Below are positions 41,861 to 53,600 of a DNA stretch of 64,000 nucleotides, in pieces; position 1 is the stretch's first letter; the number at the start of each line of letters is the position of its first letter. The translations under genes and the position numbers were made by a program. Under the pieces are notes generated by a model. The model was given only the letters and a program-made list of their open reading frames with translations, was not told the origin of the DNA and did no database searches. The stretch spans positions 14,597 through 78,596 of the forward strand of contig NZ_CAJTQJ010000007.1 in NCBI RefSeq assembly GCF_910578695.1. The letters run 5' to 3'. The DNA is from an uncultured Brachyspira sp. Lineage in GTDB: Bacteria > Spirochaetota > Brachyspiria > Brachyspirales > Brachyspiraceae.

Positions 41861-44800
41861 TTATTTCAATTTTATAAGTTTTAAATCTACAGCTATCATA
41901 AACATACAAGGTAAAAATATCAATGTTATTAATGTTGAGAATATAAGCCCATAGGCTAAACTCATAACTATAGGTACTATCAAATCAGCATCTCCTCCAA
42001 TACCGTAAACTGTAGGCATTAATCCCCCAACTGTAGTTACTGTAGTTAAAAATATTGGAAGAAGTCTTTGAGAAGCACCTTCAGCTATAGAATCAAATGC
42101 AAACTTTTTAGGATTGTTTAAAGCATAAGGGTTTATTTTTCCTGTTTCTATAATTTTGTTTATCAAGTCTATCATTATAATGCCGTCATTAACAAGCACT
42201 CCGCATAATCCTACAATACCTATAAATCCTATAAAAGACATAGGCATTCTATGAATATAGAAAGCTATGAATACGCCCGTTAATGTAAATGGTATTAAAA
42301 ACATTATCATTAAAGGCTGAACAAATTTTTTGAATTGTAATAATAGTATTAAATATATTAAAACTATTGCTATAAATAATGCGGCTGCAAGTCCGTCTAA
42401 AGCTCCTACAGTTTGATCAGCTTCTCCTCCGAAACCTATTATTATACCGGGATATCTTTGATTTATGTCTTTAAACTTATTTTTTACTGCAAACATAATT
42501 TGTATGGAGGTGTTTTGTCCTTGTATCAAATCTGCTGTAATAGTTATGCATCTTTGTCCATTATAATGCCTTATGGCAGATACTCCGTTAGTTTCTACTA
42601 TGCTTGCAATATTTTTTAAATAAAGCAGTCTATTATATACATTTGGTATTAAAAGATTATTAAGTACATTTGTATTGTATATATAATCTCTGTCAAGCTG
42701 CACTCTAAAATCTAATCTATAATCCATTTGCTGAATATATGTAGCAACCGTTCCGCTATATGCTGTTCTAAGTTCATTTGCAACATTGGCAACATTCATA
42801 CCTAATTGTGCTATCTCATCATAATTAAATAATACTCTTAATTCATCTTTTCCTATTTTATCATCATCATAATAATTTATAATGCCGTTTAGGCTAAGCA
42901 AATATTCTTTTACTTCATCTCTTACCTTTCTAGTTTGGCTTATATCATTTCCTACTATTTTTATATCTACCGCTTTGCCTGGATCCATTGGAAGTTTAAC
43001 CGATACCATTAAAGCATCAAGTTCTTTTCTTAATGAAGTTTTTTCTAATTCAGAGTTTATATCATCCATTATATCATAAGCAGTTTTTTTTCTTTCGGTA
43101 GACGGTATTAGATAAATTGTTATTCCAGCGAGATTTGCAGATTCTTCAGAAATATCTACTATATTTTGATTAATCTGTTTTCCTACAATACTATTAACTG
43201 CAATTAAGTTTTCAGCATCAACAGATTTGTATATAATATTTTCTATCTGTTCAGCATATTTCATAGTATTTTTGATAGAGTTTCCTATTCCTGAATCTAT
43301 ATTTATCATTATGCTGTCTGAGCTTGTATCATATATTATAATAAATTTTTTAAGACTGTCTTTAGCTAGGAAAAAAGAGAATATTAACAGAAGTATAAAA
43401 AACAGCACAACTAAATATCTGAATTTTAATAATATTTTTAAAGCCTTATTAAAAGGATTTTTTATAATATTGAATAATTTTTCTTTATCGAAGTCTAAAG
43501 GATTTTTTATATTTTTTAAGAATTTTAATTTGCCTTTATTCTTTGCTTTATCCTGAAGATTATTAGGCAGTAAAAATACAGCCTGAAAAAAACTCGCAAT
43601 CAAAGCTACAACTACAACTTTAGGAAAAGGGGCTATCAATTTTCCTACAACATCTTTAGTAAGAAGCATAGGCATAAATGCAACAATAGTGGTCATAGTG
43701 GCAACCATTATAGGATTTACTACATCTTTAACCGCTTCTACAGTACCGTCAATTCCTGTTTTACCAGATTTTTTAAAATCATATATATTTTCGCATACCA
43801 CAATACTATTATCAACAACCATTCCCATAACTGTTATTATTCCTGCGAGAGATATTATATTGAATGTTAAATCAGAAAAATTTATATATGAGAAAGTAAT
43901 AAATATTACAGCTACCATTCCTATGCTTGTAAATAATGCACTTTTAAAATCTAAAAATATTAAAAGAACTATCAATATTATAATAAATCCGAATATTAAA
44001 TTGCTTGCAGCTGCATTTGTAAGTGCTAATACCATTCTTGAAGTTTCTCCCATAGCTGTAACCTCAATATTTTCAGGTATTAAATTTTGATTATTTTTTA
44101 GAAATGCATTTATATTTTCTGTGGTTTTTACTATATCAGCATTTTCTTTTTTCAATATATTTAAAGAATATCCCTCTATACTATTTATTCTAACATAAAT
44201 AGACTTTTCAACAAAACCTCTGTCTACCTTTGCCATATCCTGTATTCTTACTCTCTGCCCATTGAAGGTGGAGCGTACAACAGTATTTGCAGCCTCTGAA
44301 GGATTTTCAAACTGTCCCATTGTAACTATAGTTTTTTCTTCTTCATTTTCTTCCAAATCCATATATATAGGCTTTTTCAAATCTCCGCTTGTAGCCCTTA
44401 TATTTCTTGCAGATAATGAGTTTACTATATCAGTAAGAGAAATATAATACTCCTGCAATTTCTGAGGGTCAGCTAAAATTTTTATTTCGGGGTCTGTTCT
44501 TCCCTGCACTTTTATATCAGCAACGCCATCAACATATTTTAATTGTCTTTCTAATTCTTTGCTGAAATCATATAAAATTTTTTCATCTCCATTATAGCCT
44601 TTCTTGAAATGCACTCCTATATTGTATATAGGCGTAAGTTTAGGATTTATATCTGTTATTTCTATAGTCTGAACTTCTTCTGCCATATCAGGAACGCTTT
44701 GCATTTTTCTAAAAATATCATCTTTAGCCTTTCTTGTATCTATTTCCATATCCAATTTTACAAATATTACAGCAGCATTTTCTGTTATTACAGAAGTAAA

Positions 44801-45040
44801 TTCATCTATTCCAGATATAGCTCTTAATTGATCTTCTATTTGTATAACTGCATTTTGTTCTACATCCAAAGGCGAAGCTCCCGGATAAATAACCTGCAGA
44901 ATCATTAATTCTAAATCTGTTGAAGGAAATGATTCTTTATCTATATTAAAGTATGAATATAAACCTATCATAATAGAAACAAATATTATAATATTTACGA
45001 GTATTCTATTATTTGCAAAAAAGTATATTAGATTTTTCAT
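41861..45040 (-). CDS. RND-family efflux transporter permease (AcrB/AcrD/AcrF-like)
   Basis: The protein is 1059 aa with a 12-TM, two-large-loop architecture. The N-terminus is FFANNRILVNIIIFVSIMIGLYSY...ESFPS. TM4-type segments (AGIITVMGMVVDNSIVVCENI and GLCGVLVNDGIIMIDLI) are present. Confidence 0.88.
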   Translation of the reverse strand: MKNLIYFFANNRILVNIIIFVSIMIGLYSYFNIDKESFPSTDLELMILQVIYPGASPLDVEQNAVIQIEDQLRAISGIDEFTSVITENAAVIFVKLDMEIDTRKAKDDIFRKMQSVPDMAEEVQTIEITDINPKLTPIYNIGVHFKKGYNGDEKILYDFSKELERQLKYVDGVADIKVQGRTDPEIKILADPQKLQEYYISLTDIVNSLSARNIRATSGDLKKPIYMDLEENEEEKTIVTMGQFENPSEAANTVVRSTFNGQRVRIQDMAKVDRGFVEKSIYVRINSIEGYSLNILKKENADIVKTTENINAFLKNNQNLIPENIEVTAMGETSRMVLALTNAAASNLIFGFIIILIVLLIFLDFKSALFTSIGMVAVIFITFSYINFSDLTFNIISLAGIITVMGMVVDNSIVVCENIYDFKKSGKTGIDGTVEAVKDVVNPIMVATMTTIVAFMPMLLTKDVVGKLIAPFPKVVVVALIASFFQAVFLLPNNLQDKAKNKGKLKFLKNIKNPLDFDKEKLFNIIKNPFNKALKILLKFRYLVVLFFILLLIFSFFLAKDSLKKFIIIYDTSSDSIMINIDSGIGNSIKNTMKYAEQIENIIYKSVDAENLIAVNSIVGKQINQNIVDISEESANLAGITIYLIPSTERKKTAYDIMDDINSELEKTSLRKELDALMVSVKLPMDPGKAVDIKIVGNDISQTRKVRDEVKEYLLSLNGIINYYDDDKIGKDELRVLFNYDEIAQLGMNVANVANELRTAYSGTVATYIQQMDYRLDFRVQLDRDYIYNTNVLNNLLIPNVYNRLLYLKNIASIVETNGVSAIRHYNGQRCITITADLIQGQNTSIQIMFAVKNKFKDINQRYPGIIIGFGGEADQTVGALDGLAAALFIAIVLIYLILLLQFKKFVQPLMIMFLIPFTLTGVFIAFYIHRMPMSFIGFIGIVGLCGVLVNDGIIMIDLINKIIETGKINPYALNNPKKFAFDSIAEGASQRLLPIFLTTVTTVGGLMPTVYGIGGDADLIVPIVMSLAYGLIFSTLITLIFLPCMFMIAVDLKLIKLK

Positions 45041-45166
45041 TATATCATAACCTAGTAATTATTATTTAATTATTTAATTATTATAATATATTATAATAAA
45101 TTTTAATATGAATTTATACTTGCGGATAAAAAATTAATATAATTTATGTTCTGACAAAAATAAAAA

Positions 45167-45199
45167 TATGTCTATAAACTAGCATTATTTTTAGACATA
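45167..45199. promoter_or_regulatory. Candidate TetR operator: a 12-bp inverted repeat in the RND/tetR divergent intergenic region
   Basis: tatgtctataaa (45167..45178) and tttttagacata (45188..45199) match in 11 of 12 positions and are separated by 9 nt. Confidence 0.35.
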
Positions 45200-45344
45200 A
45201 ATGTTATATTGTTGTTTATTCTAATGTTAATTCTCATTTTTTATTGAATTATTTATAATTATAGTTTACTTTTTATTGAATTATAATATACTAAATACAG
45301 TGCGATAATATGTTATTAATACAAATTAGCAGGATATTCTATAT

Positions 45345-45929
45345 ATGAAAAATAATTCTAATAAAAACAATGCAAGAGTAGAAAAAACAAAAAAACTTCT
45401 TGAGGATTCATTAGGAATTTTACTTGAAGAAAAATCTTTTGAGGACATAAGAGTAATTGATATTTGTGCTAAAGCGAATATACATAGAAGTACTTTTTAT
45501 ACCTACTATAATGATAAATATGAATTATTAAAATCTAAATTAGATGAGTATGAGGAAAAATTTTTAGAAGATTTAAATCGATATAAAATAGAAAATAAAT
45601 TAAAAGACTTTCATATAGATATAATGAAAAAAATACTTCAGTATTTTTATTTGAATAAAAAATATTTAAAGATAATATTTCAAAATAATAAAGACGGAAG
45701 TGTTACTGAAATTTTAAGAGAATATTTAGCTTCTTATGTTTTAGAAGGAATAAAAGATTTTAAAACCATAAGACCAAAAAAAGAGGATATTATATCTGTT
45801 ATGGTAAGTTTTTATTCAGGAGCTTTTATATCTGTTATTACAGATTGGATTGTTAATGACTGCATTATATCTGTTGAAGATTTAGCAGGATATATATCAG
45901 ATATTATTATGCAGAGAGTTTTTTCTTAA
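45345..45929 (+). CDS. TetR/AcrR-family transcriptional regulator
   Basis: The N-terminal HTH is FEDIRVIDICAKANIHRSTFYTYYNDKYELL. The protein is 194 aa and the gene is divergent from the RND pump gene. Confidence 0.85.
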   Translation: MKNNSNKNNARVEKTKKLLEDSLGILLEEKSFEDIRVIDICAKANIHRSTFYTYYNDKYELLKSKLDEYEEKFLEDLNRYKIENKLKDFHIDIMKKILQYFYLNKKYLKIIFQNNKDGSVTEILREYLASYVLEGIKDFKTIRPKKEDIISVMVSFYSGAFISVITDWIVNDCIISVEDLAGYISDIIMQRVFS

Positions 45930-46063
45930 TAATTTTATATATTTGTCTTGATTTAATTATTAATAAACTTATCATTTCCGATAATATAAAAAAATAATAT
46001 TATCATTTTACATTTATATTTATAATATGATTTTATTAATATAAGCATAGGAGAATATAATTT

Positions 46064-46594
46064 ATGAAGAAGATGATTTTTTTTGTATTATTATTCGTTA
46101 TTTCATTTAATTTTTTAAATGCTCAAAATATAACAAAAGAGAGTGATTATTCAAAGAATTGGGCTAGTTTTATATTTAAAAAAACTATTGATATGAAAGG
46201 TGTTTTATACGAAGGAAGACCCGGAGGAGATTTAGAATTAGTTTCTGGAAGATCTCCCCTTATGCTTGTAAAACTTTATAAATTTATGGGAGCGAGAACA
46301 GATACTCATGCATATTATACTTATCAGCTTCCTATTTCTACTTTCTATGAAAATGCTCCTGCATTAGGTATTAATTTGGTGGAAGGCTATTCAATAGAGG
46401 GAGGAAAAATAATGAGATATTCTAAATACACAAAAAAATATCAAGGAAAGTTAGAGGCTTGGAAAAAAGCTAATACTGTTTATAGCGATAACAGATGGGT
46501 TGCTAATACAAATGCAAATTGGACTTCCTATCCTGTACCTCAGCCTGAGGATGTTGACTGGTCTGAAGCCGAATATGCAGGAGAGCTGTATTAA
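46064..46594 (+). CDS. Secreted protein of unknown function (176 aa), paralog A
   Basis: It has a signal peptide (MKKMIFFVLLFVISFNFLNA) and a GGAG RBS. It is colinear with the next ORF: GGDLELV/EDGELII, EGYSIEGGKIM/EGYIVEDNKLY, LEAWKKAN/LNEWMKLN and NWTSYPVPQPEDVDW/KWSTFPSPKYSDINW. Confidence 0.55.
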   Translation: MKKMIFFVLLFVISFNFLNAQNITKESDYSKNWASFIFKKTIDMKGVLYEGRPGGDLELVSGRSPLMLVKLYKFMGARTDTHAYYTYQLPISTFYENAPALGINLVEGYSIEGGKIMRYSKYTKKYQGKLEAWKKANTVYSDNRWVANTNANWTSYPVPQPEDVDWSEAEYAGELY

Positions 46595-46601
46595 AAAATA
46601 A

Positions 46602-47123
46602 ATGTCTTATATTTTTATTATATTAGTTATACTATTGGTTCTTACTGTTTTATTTTTTATAAATAATAATACAGTTATTTCTTATGATAATGCTTGGATA
46701 AAATTAGTAAAAAATAGGACTGTAAATAATGAAGAAGATAGAAATTATTTATTTAAAGAAGACGGAGAACTTATTATAAATAACAGCAAAAAATTAACTT
46801 TTATAAAAGCAAGATATAATAATATGGCTGTTTATAGCAATACAGATTATTTAAATAAATTTATGCTTGTTTTTTCAGAATATCCTTCTATAAAAGTAGT
46901 ATTTATGGAAGGATATATTGTTGAAGATAATAAATTATACTATACTTATGCCTATAAGCCTTCTTACTATACTAAACTAAATGAATGGATGAAGCTTAAT
47001 GGTGTTTTTGAAAATAAAGAAAATTGGAAATCTAATAAAAATGTAAAATGGAGTACATTTCCGTCCCCTAAATATTCCGATATAAATTGGGATAAGAAAG
47101 CTATGATAGGCATATTATCTTAA
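46602..47123 (+). CDS. Membrane-anchored or secreted protein of unknown function (173 aa), paralog B
   Basis: It has an N-terminal hydrophobic anchor (YIFIILVILLVLTVLFFI), starts 7 nt after paralog A ends, and shares motifs with paralog A. Confidence 0.5.
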   Translation: MSYIFIILVILLVLTVLFFINNNTVISYDNAWIKLVKNRTVNNEEDRNYLFKEDGELIINNSKKLTFIKARYNNMAVYSNTDYLNKFMLVFSEYPSIKVVFMEGYIVEDNKLYYTYAYKPSYYTKLNEWMKLNGVFENKENWKSNKNVKWSTFPSPKYSDINWDKKAMIGILS

Positions 47124-47185
47124 TATTAATTTTTCATTAAACTATATTACAATTTCTGCTAATTGCTGTTATATATTTAAGTATA

Positions 47186-47213
47186 TTGACTAATTTTTTT
47201 TATTTGCTATACT
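47186..47213 (+). promoter_or_regulatory. Candidate sigma-70-type promoter upstream of the STAS gene
   Basis: TTGACT (47186..47191), a 16-nt spacer and TATACT (47208..47213) lie about 30 nt upstream of the ATG at 47245. Confidence 0.4.
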
Positions 47214-47244
47214 TTAAATAATTATAAGCTTTAAGGAGATATAT

Positions 47245-47580
47245 ATGAGTTTAAATATAGAAGATAAAGGAAAAGTTAAAATTGTGCATTTAGTTGGTAA
47301 ATTAGATGTTAATTTATCTGTATCTATAGAATCAGAATTAGAGGGATTAGTAGAATCAGGTTCTGTTTATTTAATATTAGAATTATCAGGCATTGAATAT
47401 TTAAGTTCAAGCGGTATAAGAGTATTTATTTCTATAATGAGGAAAATTAAAGATAAAAATGGAAAATTAGTATTAGCATGCGTTCCTGATATAATAAAGA
47501 AAATATTAAAAACAGTTGAATTAGAAGATTTATTTGAAGTTTATGAAAATACAGATGAAGCTGTTTCATCTTTTGAATAA
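47245..47580 (+). CDS. STAS-domain anti-sigma-factor antagonist (SpoIIAA/RsbV-like)
   Basis: The protein is 111 aa. The motif ELSGIEYLSSSGIRVFI contains the conserved phosphorylatable Ser context. An AAGGAG RBS is present. Confidence 0.8.
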   Translation: MSLNIEDKGKVKIVHLVGKLDVNLSVSIESELEGLVESGSVYLILELSGIEYLSSSGIRVFISIMRKIKDKNGKLVLACVPDIIKKILKTVELEDLFEVYENTDEAVSSFE

Positions 47581-47675
47581 TATTTTATACTGATTTTTTT
47601 GTATTTTACTGCTTAATTCCATAAATTAAATATCTATCCTATTATTAATAATATAAACTAAAGTAGAAATATACT

Positions 47676-50600
47676 ATGAAATTTAAATGCTATATAAAAT
47701 TAAAAATATTATTATTATTTTCTTTTGTATTATTTGCATGTGCTTCTAGTCAGAAAAATTCTGATACAGCATTTATGAGCAGACCTTTTCTAAAAGAGTA
47801 TAAGAGATATTCTTTAACATCAGGAGAAGTTAATCCTGCATTAGATGCAGTAATTGACAGCGAAGGTACTTGGATATATTATACAAGAGAAAATGCAGGA
47901 AATACAGATATTTTTGCTATAGATTCTTATACTTTGGAATCCTATAGATTAACTAGAAGTCCTAGCATAGACGAATCGGTTTCTGTTGATGAGAAATCAA
48001 AATATATAGTTTTTTCTTCTACTAGAGATGATGCTTTCGGAGATATTTATTTATATAAACTTGTCAATTTCGGTATAAGAACTTCAAAAAATAATTTAGA
48101 AAATTTAGAGCAGAATATAATAAGAATTACAGATTATAAAGGCTATGATATAGATCCTGTTATTTCTCATAAAGGTAATATTATAGCTTTCATTTCAGAT
48201 AGAGATGCAGGAATAAAAAAGCTATTTACAGTTAAGCCTAATGGCAAAGAAGTTAAAAAGATGTCAGATATAGAAGCTTCTTCTCCTACATTTTCTTTTG
48301 ATGATACGAAGATAGCATTTATAACTTCAAAAATAGGAGATACATTTTCTCAGTTAGCAATATTAGATTTGGATTCTAATTCAGAAACTAATTTAAATAT
48401 ACTTACAGATACAAAAACATTCAAATTTAATCCTGCATTTTATAATGATGATACTATCATATATTTTGAAATAGAAAAAGATTCTGATAGAGACGGAAAT
48501 TTAACATACTATGATAAAAGGCGTTTAATGTCATATTCTTTGACTACGCATCAATATTATGTATTAGATGAGGATACTAAATTAACTACTTTTAATGTAG
48601 CATATCCTTCTGCTTTGGTAGGGGCTTATGTGGTAAGCGAAGATGGTACTAGTATAGTAACTATGGGCTCTACTAAAGAATATTTTATAAAAGATGATAA
48701 TTCTCAAAGTATGTACAATAGTTTTATAGAGCTTCCATACGATAGAAAATCCAGTGCTATAGAAAGATTTGCTGAATATTTTCCTTTTAATGAGGATAAA
48801 AATAATGTTGCCAAAGCATATTTTAATATGATGATATCATCGTATTCTAATAATAATATTAAAGAATATAATAATTCTAAAGAAATTTTAATATCAGAGT
48901 ATGAAGATACTTTGGCAGGATTTTTAACTTCTAAAATAGATAATATATTTGATACTAATAATAATTGGTTTGATATAAATTATTATACTAATGAATATTT
49001 TTTTACTAATAATAACTTAGAAATTACTAATTTGACAGCTTGGGCTGGATATATATCAGCAAATGAAAAGTATAAAGCTGATAATAAAAATAAAGATACA
49101 TTAAATATACTTGATAATATTATGAATCTTGATATAAGCAAAGATTTATATATGTTAATTGCAAAATTATATGAACATTCAGTTGAAGATAATGGCTATA
49201 AATATCCCAAAGACAGTAATATTTATAATAAGCCCTATAGAAGAAAAGATTTAATATTTTCAGACAGATTAGAAATAGCTAAAGATTTTATTAGGGATTC
49301 AAATATTCCATATAATGTTATAATAGATAATTCTCATCCTTATGCACCTTTGGCAGTTGCTTCAAGACTTATATATTTAGACGGACTTATACTTTCAAGA
49401 AATTATGATGCTGCTGTTAATTTATTTAAGCCTTATCTTGAATCTAAAAATGAAATAATGCTTGCATTGGGAAATTATGCAAATGCTAAAGTTTTGTTAG
49501 CTCAAAAAGATGACGGAGCTTATGCTTTATTTAAAAATGCTTTAAGTTCAGGCGGTAAGAATTTTGATTCTACTTATGAAGCTGAAAATTGTAAAGAGAT
49601 ATTAGCTGATTATTATAAATCTTTAGCAGATAAAGCATACAATGAAGGTAAGTATACAGCTGCTTATGATAATTATAATGAAACTTTGAAATATAATCCT
49701 ACTGATGCTTCTTCTTCTGCAAGAGTTATAGAAAGCGGGCTTAGGGCATACAGTACAATAGAATCATTAGAAAAAACTATTGCTGAAAGAGAAAAAACAA
49801 TTTTGGAGAATAGATATTCATCTCATGAGGCACATGCCGAATTAGCTAATGCCTATTATTATTTGGCTAACAGATATTATGGAATGGCATTATTAAAACA
49901 GTATAGTAAAGAGCGTTATGTTATAAGCGATAAAAAAAGAGAAGACGGATTTTATTTATATTTAAATAAATCTTTTAATTCTATAGTTAATAATGCTGTA
50001 TCTTATATTGATTTTGCCATATTCTTATATCCTGAAGAGGAAAATTATTATATAAAAAAAGCTGAAATGCTTACATTTGCTCAGGCTTTAAAAATGCAGG
50101 TTCTGCAAGATGAAAAAGTATATAAAAGCGTAATGGAATTAGTACCCGCATATAAAGATAATTCTGCAACTAATAATACATATATAGGTTATAATATGCT
50201 GGCATTTCAAACTGCAAATTTAGATGCTGATATTATAGATGCATTAATAATGGCAAAGAGTAAAGTAAAAACTAAACCAAGTATAGTTTCTATAATGCTT
50301 GCTAATTCTTATTTAATAAACGGAAGATATTCAGATGCTGCAAATGAGTATAAAGAGGCTGAAAGTCTTTTGAATAAAGTAGGTACTGATAAGAGCAGGG
50401 CTTGGTATCATTTTTTCTATGGATATTCTTTATGGATGAATAATGATATAAAAGGTGCTTATAGAGAATATGATATTTCGCGTTCTTTATTTGAAAAATT
50501 AGGAGATAAGGAATCTATATACAAAATAGTAGGCTATACATCTATAGCTGCAATAGAACAGGAAGATTATAAAAAAGCTATAGAATCATTATTAGAAAGA

Positions 50601-53600
50601 GATAAACTCACAGAAAATGATGTTAATAAAAATGAACTTAATCAGCTTTTACTTGCCGCCTGCTATCTTAAATTGGAGGATTATAATAATGCCTTATCCT
50701 ACTGCGATAAAGTAAAAGCTAAAATTGATAGTTTAGATTCATCTGTTTATACGCCGAACTATTTAAGTATAACTTTATATGGTGCAAATATTAATATAGT
50801 AAATTTAGGACTTGCTTCTTTAGGAGGATATATACCCGGAGAGCCTCTTAATGTTGATAAACAGCAAATGCTTTATTCTATATATCAGGAATTATATGAA
50901 AAGATGGGCAGATATTCTGAGGCAAGAGAAGCCCTATATTCGTATAGAAATTATGTTATTAAAGATAAGCCGAAGAAATCTATACAGCCTCTTATGCTTT
51001 CTACATATTATAATAATGAGGGTTATCTTTATTATAAGCAGGGAGATCAGTCTAATTCTATAATGTCTTTTAGAACTTCTATAAAAGAATATGAAAAAAC
51101 TATAGATGAAAAGGCTTTAGCTAATAATCCTAGTCTTAAATTTCAAAATGCTCAAAATGATGCTAAAAATTATTTAAGTTTATCTTCTTTATATTTAAGA
51201 TATTTATCAGAAAATGATTTAACTTCTATGAAGAGAGAATTTTTTATAGAGTTATTCAATACAACAAAAACGCTTCAAATATTATCTACAAATAATGCTG
51301 TGAGTACAAAAGACAGATTATTATTATATTCTCATATAGCGGCTTTTAAATATATAATGGCTTTCAAACTTACTGCAGATAATAATGTTAATTTTAATAA
51401 TAGAAAAAAACAGTATAATGATCCTTCGGATATAACTGATCATGATATAAATGTTGAAAGATTATCTATGCTTAAAGATGCTATTGACAGATATAAGTAT
51501 ATTTTATCATCAAACTCTAACTTTCCAGTAGATTTAAAGACAGAAATTATTATAAGATATAATTTGGCTAAAGCTTATGAATTAGCAGGATATATAGAAG
51601 AAGCAGCACGTGAATATATGTCAGCATTTTCAAAAGCACAGGCATCTGCATTTGCAGTTGAAGAAATAGCAATATTAACTACTTTAATTGATTTCAGTAT
51701 AAAGTATAGAAATATATATCCTGACAGCTTAGATTATCCTATACAATATGTATTTAGAATACTTCAGAGAATGAGAGAAAGCGTATTTATGATAACATTT
51801 GCTGAGGATAATAATTTTATATTAAGACAGGCTAAATATAAAGTTATAGAGTTTTTGAAAGGCAGTTATCCTGATGCCAGCCTTAATATACTTGCTATGT
51901 TTGATGCTATTAATATGAGAAGGAAATTTTTAGACAGAAGGCTTTATACTTTAGGAGAAAATAATTACTATCTTAGAGAATATTATAAACTTTATGAGAA
52001 GGCTATTTATTCTTATCAAAGATATTTGAATGCAGTTTCCACGCCTTATGACAGTAAAACAGAGACTGCTATGTTAAAAGAAATTGCGGCATACGAAAAA
52101 GAGGCTTTAGAAAAATTTTCTAATACTCCTATAGAACCTATAGTTGTATGCGATTTCAAGCCTGAAGATATTGATAAGTCTATGCGTAAAGATGAAACTC
52201 TCATTTGGGATACTTATTTAGGCTATAGATTTGTAAGAGAAAACGGAAAGACTTATTTTTATATTCAAAGCAATGATATGCCTAAAACTAAAAATTATGT
52301 TACTCATATAGGATTCAGACCTATTATTATGAGCAATAAGAATATTTTTGTGAGGGAATTATATGATTCTACAGAATATATGCTTCCTCCTAAAACCGCT
52401 TATATAGACAGTAAATTGATATCATTCTATAAAACTGCTAGAAACTCTCAAAGAGAAATAAATACTATGAGTATGGCAAGCAATACAAACAGCACTAATA
52501 ATATTTATAGTTATAATTATGCTAACGATGTTTCTGCTGAATATGATAATAATAATTTATACAGAAATATTGAATATAATACTAATCAATATTTATCTTC
52601 TAATTCATTATCTTCTAATGCCTTATTAACTAATACCGCTTCAGAAAGTAGAAGAAGGCGTATAGGTAATTTTAGATTTATAGAATTAAAAGATTTAGCT
52701 TCAAATTCTTATGTTCCGTTAGTCACTGATATAACAGGTGCAAATGCTTCTGATATATCTAATGTAATGAAAAAAAATCTTTATATAGTTTATTGCGATA
52801 GAGCTACATTTACAAACAATAGAAGGGTTTTAAGAAATTTGAATAATATAGCTTTAGTAGTAGGAAATGATGAAAAAAATTCCAGAATGATTTTTTATAC
52901 TAATTATTTCAGAAAATTGTCTACAAATTCTTTAGAAGAGAGTATGATGGGCTATGATAATAATATGTTTACCGTATACGGAAAACCTGACTACAGTATT
53001 GCCTCATTATCTAATGCTGCTTATGAATTTAAAATGAGGCTTTATAATTCTTATGCTGCAAGCAAATCGCCTAGTATGACAATGATGTCTAATGTTATAG
53101 CTTATTCTCAAAGCGATAATGAAAAAATGCTTAATTATGCTAAAATAGTTGAAGACAGATATAATGCAAAAGATACAAATTCAGCTTATTATTTTTCTGA
53201 AGAAGGGTATAAATTCTTTTCAAGTTCTTACAGTAATATAAGCGATTCTAATGCATATAGATTTATAAAATCAATGCTTCCTGTTTATAGAAGAATGGGA
53301 GAAGAAGGTGCTGTAAAAGGAGCTAATATAGCATTGCATTTTATGTATTTATATACTAATGATAATTATGATTTGATAGATGAATATTTTACTCCTAGAA
53401 CTTTATCGAGATTTTTGAAAGCAAAAAATGATGCTAAAGAAAATGTAAGGTATTTAAATTATATTGCAAGAAGAGCTGATGGAAATAATAAAGAGAAAAT
53501 TTTAGAAGTTGCTGTTCTTTATGATTTGATATACGGCAGGGTTTCTATTGATAGTATAACAAATTTATTAAATAGAATGCAAAACACAAATGAAGTATTA

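Noticed and set aside
42413-44827. Six plus-strand ORFs of 61-133 aa (42413, 42882, 43227, 43689, 44262, 44609) inside the RND gene.
   Set aside because: All are antisense to a 1059-aa ORF with clear AcrB-family features, and none has recognisable motifs. They are shadow ORFs.
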